Shown: piece by piece, positions 23,045 to 34,900 of the stretch | Layout: every line of letters starts with the position of its first letter | Numbering within the stretch: position 1 is the stretch's first letter | Origin: Macrostomum hystrix | Taxonomy: Eukaryota > Animalia > Platyhelminthes | DNA: 64,000 bases | Direction: 5' to 3' | NCBI GenBank assembly: GCA_950097015.1 | Contig: CATNEN010000032.1 | Span: 2,046,001 to 2,110,000 of the forward strand | Program-made: the position numbers and the translations under genes | Notes under the pieces: generated by a model | What the model was told of the DNA's origin: nothing | Database searches by the model: none | Seen by the model: only the letters and a program-made list of their open reading frames with translations

Positions 23045-24222
23045 AATTTATGTGACGAATAAATGTAAGGATGTTATGTAATTAAGTTTGTTAGTATATT
23101 GTCAAAGTGCTCTCGATGCACACACGCTGGTTACAAGAAAAATATACATACGTTGCTTTTTAAAAAGGCTTCTTAGACTGATACAGTATAACAATAATTA
23201 GTAACCACGCATAGCAAAAAAATAATCTTGACCGCAACTTAATATGTATGAATTATTAAAATAAAATAATAAGCAATTAACTGACTCAAAGTTACACCGT
23301 CACAATAGTAAATGCGATTATAAAATTTATTGTTCAGTTGAAAATGGGTTATATAAGAAATAGTAAATTAACTTCATATTGTGCTCCATTAGTAATATAA
23401 CTGTTGTGTGCTTCTCATTTTGTTACATTACTTTGTTACATGAAGAAGTATTAAGTCGAGACAGGTCAGGCAGGTCAAACACAATTTTGTAGATTTGTCT
23501 AAAACATCTAATTTGATTGCAGACAAGCCAGTTTTTACTCGTAGTTCCAGCATAAAGTCTTTCCACATCACATATTTCCCGTCATGGATGCTGTATTAGA
23601 CTAAAATCAAAAATAATTTTACCAGTTGCAGCATTATGATCTATATAATATATTCACCTTAAATGTCACTATTTATTAGATTGGCTTTTTTACTATTTGT
23701 TAGGCCTAAGATAATTCTACTTACAACTTAGCCTAGCTAGCTAGCTGCAGTGCATTGATTGTTGAGAACTATAAACTTTTTTGTTTAGGCCAGGGTCAGG
23801 GAACAGTAGAACTGGAATGTTTAATATATTCAGTAGAAGTAGAACAGCTTAATAGTTAAAAAGGTAATTCTTTGAAGCCCCATCACTTATCAACTAGCAA
23901 GCTTGCTTAATTTTAAAACCTAAAGAAAATACTAGTGTTTGTTTTTATTAAGACTATGTAATAGTAGCTGACTTTAAAAGTCAATGTTTTTAAGCAATTC
24001 ATTTAAAAACAATGAAAATTACATTGGACTGACTTGTGAAAATTGGTAACAGCAAAAATAGATCAAACATTTTATTTCTAACAATATATATAATATATTA
24101 TGAGTGATCAAAGCTCCTAAAAAGGGCATTATTTTCTTCTATAAGGGGCATTCTCTGCTAAAGGTGGGCATTGGTTGCTAGCTGGGATACATCGGCTGTC
24201 TACTAGGGGGACATTGATTGCC

Positions 24223-24664
24223 GGTACCTGGACACTTTGTCAACTTACAACTTCGTCATCCAGATGACGATCTGTCCAATATCTCAGAGGGTGGATGATG
24301 AAGAGACTTAGACTTGTGGACACTTTGTCATCTATAAAACAAAAGTTTTCAAAGTTAGAACAGAACCATCCCTCCCCACCCCTCCTCACATCGTGTGGGC
24401 ACTTATCTTTCAACTCTTATAAATGAAATCAGTTTTGACACCTCTTTTTGACAATTTAGAGTGTGAAGTGTGTTCACACCTCTGCCCCACCACCCCACCC
24501 TCACTTTATTGAGGATGAACTAGATTGCTTGTTATTAGTTAGATGACAAACTGACCAAACTTTAAAGCATGCCAATTGGCTGGATGACAAAGTGTCCTAC
24601 CTTCCAAGTGGATGACGAAGTTGTAAGATGACAAAGTTGTAAGATGACGAAGTGTCTAGGATCC
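24223..24664. mobile_element. MITE, Mutator-like (442 bp)
   Basis: Imperfect terminal inverted repeats (ggtacctggacactttgtca..cttacaacttcgtcatcc versus ggatgacgaagttgtaag...gtgtctaggatcc); exact 9-bp TSD TTGATTGCC at 24214-24222 and 24665-24673. Confidence 0.8.
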
Positions 24665-25943
24665 TTGATTGCCTACTATAGGGGGCATTGTTTGCTTGCT
24701 GTTGGGACATTAGTTGCCTAGTTCTCTGCTAAATAGAGCATTGGTTGTCTGCAATAGGGGAACATTGTTGTTACCTACCAGAGGAATGTTGGTTCTCTAT
24801 TAGAGGATCTACATTAGTTCTCTGCTAAATAGGGCATTGGCCATAGTCTAGATCTTGATAGGTGCATACCAGAATTTTTTAGGCTAGAGTACATACAAAA
24901 ATGTTTATTTTGCATACTTAAAAGTGAAAAATTAAGAAGTGTCATGTGGACTACTGGGTATATTTATTGAATTAATGTGGAGAGACATTTATTCTCTTCT
25001 TCTGGGGAAATAATTTATGTGCTAAGGTTGTTTGTCTGTGTATTGCAAGCTAAAGGGATTTTGTTTGCTGCACCTAGAGGTGGCTATATAGCTATTATAT
25101 ACTATATTGCTATATGACAAAATATGGTTAAACTATTAACATACTTTTAAGTGGTTTAAACTGCTTAGCTTATGTAAGGCAAGTAAATGGCAATGCATTT
25201 TATAGAGAAAAGAAATTTATTGCTATGTATAGCAGATAACACTTTAGAGAAAATCTAATTTTAGCTTTATGCAACAAAATTTAGCTGGGAGAATAATATA
25301 TTGCTAATGACCAGAGCAAAATTGTTATCATGAATAACAGCTATCAATTGGGAGAATATATGATGTGCCTCAACATTTTGAGTTTCATTTGCAAAATAGT
25401 CAAAATTCTTAGTAACTAGATATATAACTAACCACTCTCGTACAAACTTATGATAAAAAATTCACAACATTTAGTTACATTTTTCGCATTCCCAAACAAT
25501 AGACAACATTCAGGACTGTTATTAAACATTTCAGGTTTGTCAAAGTCTAAACAACTAATATTGCAAAAGTTATATTAAACTCATATCCATATTTTACTGA
25601 CTTGTGATAGTAATACCAGAAGTGTTGAAATTTATGATTTACTAAATTAGTGTTTATGGAAATTATACATTTGTAATTGCATTTCAGAATATGAGTGTAA
25701 ATATTTTTAATTTATTGTAAAATCGTAAAATCGTAGTTGTATTTTTTCTCAAATTTAGTTTTGATTTAACAACTTTGATAACATTTTTCACTTAATGTCA
25801 GTCAATTTTACTTAAAAAACATTTTTATAATTGCACATAATTGCCATTTAATCTTCAGATGCGGCTTTGCTGTCCAAGTCTGATGAAAGAGTTGATTTAT
25901 ACAGCCAATATTTAGGCCTTCTAATCAATTCTCTAAGAGGCCA

Positions 25944-28900
25944 ATGGGGGCCGCGGCTTCCGGGCCCTTCGATTCGAATTCGCCACCACCTGGCGTCGGT
26001 TGGCATGGCAACAGCGACAAGAGTCACTCATCAGCTTCGCCCGGCTCCTCGCCGTCGCCCGTGTCTTCGCCTCCACCACTGCTGCTGGTACCGGCAGCTT
26101 CGTCGTCTTCCGGTCAAAGCCGACAGTCTTCGGCTACGGCTCGGCTGCAGCAGACGCTCAAACGGCGAGTCGCCTGGCTTCGCCGACGCTCCACCCCGGA
26201 TCCGGCCAGGCAGTTTCGCGCCTTCATCTCCGATTGGAGCTCCGCCGATTTGCGCGTCCTGCTAGACGAATTCGAGGCTTTGCACGCGCTGAAGGACGCT
26301 CACCTGCGCGCGGCATCTGCCAGGCCGCAGTGCAGCAGCCTTAGGCAGGACCTTGGCTGCCTGCTGCGCAGCGGGCTGGGCTCGGATGCCCGCCTGTTGC
26401 TGGGAGGTGTGGCCTTTCCCGTGCACCGGGCCGTGCTTGCCGCTCGCAGCGGCTTTTTTGCTCGACTGTTCGCAGCCAGCGGGGACGAATGCGACGTGTC
26501 GGTTGCTGGGGGCGCTGGTGAGTGACGATCTGACTGAGATTTAGTCAGTGACCTCATATATAACCTTATATTATTAATAATAATTTAATGAGGGCTGCTG
26601 GCAATGGCACATTATTCGGTGACACTAGACCCGCAGCCAGCGAGAAGGCAATTCTGCCCATTTCGCTGACTCCTGAGCACACACTCACACAGGTGTGTAC
26701 ATCTGCCCTGACTTTCTCATCGTCAGGCAGTGTACACTCTTACTGTGCCTTGGAGGTTTGCCCTCAAGGGCGTAAATTGCATGACTAGCCACCAAGCCTT
26801 CTCTCCGCGGCTGCGTCCCAAACGAATGTGCCCTCGCCGGGAATAGAGCTCAGGGACCTTGGTGCCAGTGGCAAACGCGTTAGACGCTCTGCCACTTACC
26901 CCCCGACCCATGGATTCAGTCAGTGTTGGTGACCATCCCTGACCATAGGATGCAGTCAGTGACCATCTCTGACCATAGGATTCAGTCAGTGACCATCTCT
27001 GACCCCAGGATTCAGTCAGTGACCATCTCTGACCCCAGCATTCAGTCAGTGACCATCTCTGACCACAGGATTCAGTCAGTGACCATCTCTGACCACAGGA
27101 TTCAGTCAGTGACCATCTCCGACCCCAGCATTCAGTCAGTGACCATCCCTGACCACAGGATTCAGTCAGTGACCATCCCTGACCCCGGGATTCAGTCAGT
27201 GACCATCTCCAAACCCGGGATTCAGTCAGTGACCATCTCCGACCCCGGGATTGCAGACCCTGGGATTAGACGGGACTTAACTGACACTCACCGGTAACAA
27301 CCCGCAGAATACCCCCTGGACCTGTGCGTGCCGGGTGGCCTCGACCCAGAGTTGCTGCGGGCTCTCCTCGCCTATCTGTACTGCGGCGAAGTCAGCCTGG
27401 CCCGCCTGAGCGCTCCGGCCACCGTGGCGGCTCTCTGCCGCGAGCTTGGCGCGCCCGGCCGACTGTCTGACGATCTGGCCAGACTTCTGGAATCTGGCCG
27501 CTTCGCCGACTGCGCCCTGGTCTTCGAGGCCGCCGAGCCGACCAACATGCGCCTGGAGCTGCCATGCCATCGCGCCCTGCTGGCCTGCCGTTCGCCGTTC
27601 TTCGCAGGCATAGTTGAAAAACGGCTGGCAGCCGCTAGGAGGCAGCGGAGGCGACGTCTGGTGCGATGCGCCGTGCACGGCGGCGGCGACAACGCGGCCA
27701 GCGAGGCACCGCTGTCCGCTGATCCGCAGCTTGCTCTGGTGCTTGACGAAGCCGTGCTGCCAAGGCGGCTGGCACCGGCGCTGCTCACCTGCCTGTACAC
27801 AGACCGCCTGCCCGACTGCCTGTCTCTGCAGGTTGGTTTCGGGTTACCTGTTCCACAGTGGCGTAGGTGTGTTATTTAGATTGGTTTACCTGTTCCACAG
27901 TGGCGTAGGTGTGTTATTCAGATTGGTTTACCTGTTCCACAGTGGCGTAGGTGTGTTATTCAGATTGGGTTACCTGTTCCACAGTGGCGTAGGTGTGTTA
28001 TTCAGATTGGGTTACCTGTTCCACAGTGGCGTAGGTGTGTTATTCAGATTGGGTTACCTGTTCCACAGTGGCGTAGGTGTGTTATTCAGATTGGGTTACC
28101 TGTTCCACAGTGGCGTAGGTGTGTTATTCAGATTGGTTTACCTGTTCCACAGTGGCGTAGGTGTGTTATTCAGATTGGTTTACCTGTTCCACAGTGGCGT
28201 AGGTGTGTTATTCAGATTGGTTTACCTGTTCCACAGTGGCGTAGGTGTGTTATTCAGATTGGGTTACCTGTTCCACAGTGGCGTAGGTGTGTTATTCAGA
28301 TTGGTTTACCTGTTCCACAGTGGCGTAGGTGTGTTATTCAGACTGGTTTACCTGTTCCACAGTGGCGTAGGTGTGTTATTCAGACTGGTTTACCTGTTCC
28401 ACAGTGGCGTAGGTGTGTTATTCAGACTGGTTTACCTGTTCCACAGTGGCGTAGGTGTGTTATTCAGACTGGTTTACCTGTTCCACAGTGGCGTAGGTGT
28501 GTTATTCAGATTGGTTTACCTGTTCCACAGTGGCGTAGGTGTGTTATTCAGATTGGTTTACCTGTTCCACAGTGGCGTAGGTGTGTTATTCAGATTGGTT
28601 TACCTGTTCCACAGTGGCGTAGGTGTGTTATTCAGATTGGTTTACCTGTTCCACAGTGGCGTCTTTTGTTAGTATGTTTATCCGCTCTAATATTGAAATT
28701 AGAGTAAAAGAAAAAAAATAAACTATTATAAATATAATCATAATATTAGTATATAACTAGCACACTAAGCCCCCCTGGGGGGCGCAACTGTTCAGACAAA
28801 AAATATTGTGTAATGCAGAAGGACAAAGCACACCTGAAAGCAAACAAAAACGAAAAATCATTTCGTTAGTATTAATTTCTCTGATTGCGAATATACGTGA

Positions 28901-31900
28901 TTTTGATTCAACAAGAATTTGAATTCTCACTAAATACAAAAATAGTCAGTCTGAGACATCCAGTCTGTACACCCAGAGCCCCATTGGGGCAAAATTACAC
29001 AAGTAACTTACATTTGATACAACTCAGCTTAACGCTACTGAGGTACATGTGAAAACTATCCCCTCAGCAGTAAAAAACCAGTGTCTCCCCGGCTGCAGAG
29101 AACTAATTCCCCCCAGCAGCAGAGAACTAATTCCCCCCCCAGCAGCAAAGAACTAATTCCCCCCCAGCAGCAGAGAACTAATTCCCACCCAGCAGCAGAG
29201 AACTAATTCCCCCCAGCAGCAGAGAACTAATTCCCCCCCCAGCAGCAGAGAACTAATTCCCACCCAGCAGCAGAGAACTATTTCCCACCCAGCAGCAGAG
29301 AACTAATTTTCACCCAGCAGCAGAGAACTAATTTTCACCCAGCAGCAGAGAACTAATTCCCCCCAGCAGCAGAGAACTAATTCCCCCCCCAGCAGCAGAG
29401 AACTAATTCCCACCCAGCAGCAGAGAACTAATTCCCCCCAGCAGCAAAGAACTAATTCCCCCCCAGCAGCAGAGAACTAATTCCCACCCAGCAGCAGAGA
29501 ACTAATTCCCCCCAGCAGCAGAGAACTAATTCCCCCCAGCAGCAGAAAACTAATTTTCACCCAGCAGAAGAGAACTAATTCCCCCCCAGCAGCAGAGAAC
29601 TAATTCCCCCCAGCAGCAGAGAACTAATTCCCCCCAGCAGCAGAGAACTAATCCCCCCCAGCAGCAAAGAACTAATTCCCCCCAGCAGCAGAGAACTAAT
29701 TCCTCCCAGCAGCAGAGAACTAATTCCCCCCAGCAGCAGAGAACTAATTTTCACCCAGCAGCAGAGAACTAATTCCCCCCAGCAGCAGAGAACCAATTCC
29801 CCCCAGCAGCAAAGAACTAATTCCCCCCAGCAGCAGAGAACTAATCCCCCCCCAGCAGCAAAGAACTAATCCCCCCCCAGCAGCAGAGAACTAATTCCCC
29901 CCCAGCAGCAGAGAACTAATTCCCCCCCAGCAGCAGAGAACTAATTCCCATCCAGCAGCAGAGAACTAATTTTCACCCAGCAGCAGAGAACTAATTCCCC
30001 CCCAGCAGCAGAGAACTAATTCCCCCCAGTAGCAGAGAACCAATTCCCCCCAGCAGCAGAGAACTAATTCCCCCCAGCAGCAGAAAACTAATTTTCACCC
30101 AGCAGAAGAGAACTAATTCCCCCCCAGCAGCAGAGAACTAATTCCCCCCAGTAGCAGAGAACTAATTCCCCCCAGCAGCAGAGAACTAATTCCCCCCAGC
30201 AGCAGAAAACTAATTTTCACCCAGCAGAAGAGAACTAATTCCCCCCCAGCAGCAGAGAACTAATTCCCCCCAGCAGCAGAGAACTAATCCCCCCCCAGCA
30301 GCAAAGAACTAATCCCCCCCCAGCAGCAGAGAACTAATTCCTCCCAGCAGCAGAGAACTAATTCCCCCCAGCAGCAGAGTACTAATTCCCACCCAGCAGC
30401 AGAGAACTAATTCCCCCCCAGCAGCAGAGAACTAATTCCCCCCCAGCAGCAGAGAACTAATTCCCATCCAGCAGCAGAGAACTAATTTTCACCCAGCAGC
30501 AGAGAACTAATTCCCCCCCAGCAGCAGAGAACTAATTCCCCCCAGTAGCAGAGAACCAATTCCCCCCAGCAGCAGAGAACTAATTCCCCCCAGCAGCAGA
30601 AAACTAATTTTCACCCAGCAGAAGAGAACTAATTCCCCCCCAGCAGCAGAGAACTAATTCCCCCCAGTAGCAAAGAACTAATTCCCCCCAGCAGCAGAGA
30701 ACTAATTCCCCCCAGCAGCAGAAAACTAATTTTCACCCAGCAGAAGAGAACTAATTCCCCCCCAGCAGCAGAGAACTAATTCCCACCCAGCAGCAGAGAA
30801 CTAATTCCCCCCCAGCAGCAGAGAACTAATTCCCCCCCAGCAGCAGAGAACTAATTCCCACCCAGCAGCAGAGTACTAATTCCCACCCAGCAGCAGAGAA
30901 CTAATTCCCCCCCAGCAGCAGAGAACTAATTCCCCCCCAGCAGCAGAGAACTAATTCCCCCCCAGCAGCAGAGTACTAATTCCTCCCAGCAGCAGAGAAC
31001 TAATTCCCCCCCAGCAGCAGAGTACTAATTCCCACCCAGCAGCAGAGAACTAATTCCCCCCCAGCAGCACAGAACTAATTCCCCCCCAGCAGCAGAGAAC
31101 TAATTCCCCCCCAGCAGCAGAGAACTAATTCCCCCCCAGCAGCAGAGAACTAATTCCCCCCCAGCAGCAGAGTACTAATTCCTCCCAGCAGCAGAGAACT
31201 AATTCCCCCCCAGCAGCAGAGTACTAATTCCCACCCAGCAGCAGAGAACTAATTCCCCCCCAGCAGCACAGAACTAATTCCCCCCCAGCAGCAGAGAACT
31301 AATTCCCCCCCAGCAGCAGAGAACTAATTCCCCCCAGCAGCAGAGAACTAATTCCCCCCAGCAGCAGAGAACTAATTCCCCCCCAGCAGCAGAGAACTAA
31401 TTCCCCCCAGCAGCAGAGAACTAATTCCCCCCAGCAGCAGAAAACTAATTTTCACCCAGCAGAAGAGAACTAATTCCCCCCCAGCAGCAGAGAACTAATT
31501 CCCACCCAGCAGCAGAGAACTAATTCCCCCCCAGCAGCAGAGAACTAATTCCCACCCAGCAGCAGAGTACTAATTCCCACCCAGCAGCAGAGTACTAATT
31601 CCCACCCAGCAGCAGAGAACTAATTCCCCCCCAGCAGCACAGAACTAATTCCCCCCCAGCAGCAGAGAACTAATTCCCCCCCAGCAGCAGAGAACTAATT
31701 CCCCCCCAGCAGCAGAGTACTAATTCCCACCCAGCAGCAGAGAACTAATTCCCACCCAGCAGCAGAGAACTAATTCCCCCCCAGCAGCACAGAACTAATT
31801 CCCCCCCAGCAGCAGAGAACTAATTCCCCCCCAGCAGCAGAGAACTAATTCCCCCCCAGCAGCAGAGTACTAATTCCCACCCAGCAGCAGAAAACTAATT

Positions 31901-34900
31901 CCCCCCCAGCAGCACAGAACTAATTCCCCCCCAGCAGCAGAGAACTAATTCCCCCCCCAGCAGCAGAGAACTAATTCCCATCCAGCAGCAGAGAACTAAT
32001 TTTCACCCAGCAGCAGAGAACTAATTCCCCCCCAGCAGCAGAGAACTAATTCCCCCCAGTAGCAGAGAACCAATTCCCCCCAGCAGCAGAGAACTAATTC
32101 CCCCCAGCAGCAGAAAACTAATTTTCACCCAGCAGAAGAGAACTAATTCCCCCCCAGCAGCAGAGAACTAATTCCCACCCAGCAGCAGAGAACTAATTCC
32201 CCCCCAGCAGCAGAGTACTAATTCCCACCCAGCAGCAGAGAACTAATCCCCCCCCAGCAGCAGAGAACTAATTCCCATCCAGCAGCAGAGAACTAATTTT
32301 CACCCAGCAGCAGAGAACTAATTCCCCCCCAGCAGCAGAGAACTAATTCCCCCCAGCAGCAGAGAACTAATTCCCCCCAGCAGCAAAGAACTAATTCCCC
32401 CCAGCAGCAGAGAACTAATTCCCCCCAGCAGCAGAGAACTAATCCCCCCCAGCAGCAAAGAACTAATCCCCCCCAGCAGCAGAGAACTAATTCCTCCCAG
32501 CAGCAGAGAACTAATTCCCCCCCAGCAGCAGAGTACTAATTCCTCCCAGCAGCAGAGTACTAATTCCCACCCAGCAGCAGAGAACTAATCCCCCCCAGCA
32601 GCAAAGAACTAATTCCCATCCAGCAGCAGAGAACTAATTTTCACCCAGCAGCAGAGAACTAATTCCCCCCCAGCAGCAGAGAACTAATTCCCCCCAGCAG
32701 CAGAGAACTAATTCCCCCCAGCAGCAAAGAACTAATTCCCCCCAGCAGCAGAGAACTAATTCCCCCCAGCAGCAGAAAACTAATTTTCACCCAGCAGAAG
32801 AGAACTAATTCCCCCCCAGCAGCAGAGAACTAATTCCCACCCAGCAGCAGAGAACTAATTCCCCCCCAGCAGCAGAGAACTAATTCCCCCCCAGCAGCAG
32901 AGTACTAATTCCCACCCAGCAGCAGAGAACTAATTCCCACCCAGCAGCAGAGAACTAATTCCCCCCCAGCAGCACAGAACTAATTCCCCCCCAGCAGCAG
33001 AGAACTAATTCCCACCCAGCAGCAGAGAACTAATTCCCCCCCAGCAGCAGAGAACTAATTCCCCCCCAGCAGCAGAGTACTAATTCCCACCCAGCAGCAG
33101 AAAACTAATTCCCCCCCAGCAGCACAGAACTAATTCCCCCCCAGCAGCAGAGAACTAATTCCCCCCCCAGCAGCAGAGAACTAATTCCCATCCAGCAGCA
33201 GAGAACTAATTTTCACCCAGCAGCAGAGAACTAATTCCCCCCAGCAGCAGAAAACTAATTTTCACCCAGCAGAAGAGAACTAATTCCCCCCCAGCAGCAG
33301 AGAACTAATTCCCACCCAGCAGCAGAGAACTAATTCCCCCCCAGCAGCAGAGTACTAATTCCCACCCAGCAGCAGAGAACTAATTCCCATCCAGCAGCAG
33401 AGAACTAATTTTCACCCAGCAGCAGAGAACTAATTTTCACCCAGCAGCAGAGAACTAATTTTCACCCAGCAGCAGAGAACTAATTCCCCCCAGCAGCAGA
33501 GAACTAATTCCCCCCAGTAGCAGAGAACCAATTCCCCCCAGCAGCAGAGAACTAATTCCCCCCAGCAGCAGAAAACTAATTTTCACCCAGCAGAAGAGAA
33601 CTAATTCCCCCCCAGCAGCAGAGAACTAATTCCCACCCAGCAGCAGAGAACTAATTCCCCCCCAGCAGCAGAGTACTAATTCCCACCCAGCAGCAGAGAA
33701 CTAATCCCCCCCAGCAGCAAAGAACTAATTCCCATCCAGCAGCAGAGAACTAATTTTCACCCAGCAGCAGAGAACTAATTTTCACCCAGCAGCAGAGAAC
33801 TAATTTTCACCCAGCAGCAGAGAACTAATTCCCCCCAGCAGCAGAGAACTAATTCCCCCCAGTAGCAGAGAACCAATTCCCCCCAGCAGCAGAGAACTAA
33901 TTCCCCCCAGCAGCAGAAAACTAATTTTCACCCAGCAGAAGAGAACTAATTCCCCCCCAGCAGCAGAGAACTAATTCCCACCCAGCAGCAGAGAACTAAT
34001 TCCCCCCCAGCAGCAGAGTACTAATTCCCACCCAGCAGCAGAGAACTAATCCCCCCCCAGCAGCAGAGAACTAATTCCCATCCAGCAGCAGAGAACTAAT
34101 TTTCACCCAGCAGCAGAGAACTAATTCCCCCCCAGCAGCAGAGAACTAATTCCCCCCAGCAGCAGAGAACTAATTCCCCCCAGCAGCAAAGAACTAATTC
34201 CCCCCAGCAGCAGAGAACTAATTCCCCCCAGCAGCAGAGAACTAATCCCCCCCAGCAGCAAAGAACTAATCCCCCCCAGCAGCAGAGAACTAATTCCTCC
34301 CAGCAGCAGAGAACTAATTCCCCCCCAGCAGCAGAGTACTAATTCCCACCCAGCAGCAGAGAACTAATCCCCCCCAGCAGCAAAGAACTAATTCCCATCC
34401 AGCAGCAGAGAACTAATTTTCACCCAGCAGCAGAGAACTAATTCCCCCCCAGCAGCAGAGAACTAATTCCCCCCAGCAGCAGAGAACTAATTCCCCCCAG
34501 CAGCAAAGAACTAATTCCCCCCAGCAGCAGAGAACTAATTCCCCCCAGCAGCAGAGAACTAATCCCCCCCCCAGCAGCAAAGAACTAATCCCCCCCAGCA
34601 GCAGAGAACTAATTCCTCCCAGCAGCAGAGAACTAATTCCCCCCAGCAGTAAATAACCATTATTAACCGTTCAACATATTTAAAGACTTTAAAACGCATT
34701 AAGAAAAGTGTTAATTATTGGACACTTTTAGAAAACTTTTAGACACATTTGAAAAATTGTTTTAAACACTTATAAACATGTCTAGAAAGCTGGTAAACAC
34801 AATTGAAAAACTTTTAAAACATTTAAACATTTAACATGTAAACATTTAACTGTTAAAACCTGGTAAAAACATTTAGAAAACGGTTAAACATATTTAGAAT

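Larger units (their letters stand above)
18132..23304 (-). mobile_element. Ty3/Gypsy LTR retrotransposon, internally deleted (no gag, protease or N-terminal RT)
   Basis: 254-bp LTRs at 18132-18385 and 23051-23304 with one mismatch; TGTGACG...CGTCACA ends; 4-bp TSD ATAG; PBS, PPT; pol order RT-RNaseH-IN. Confidence 0.97.
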
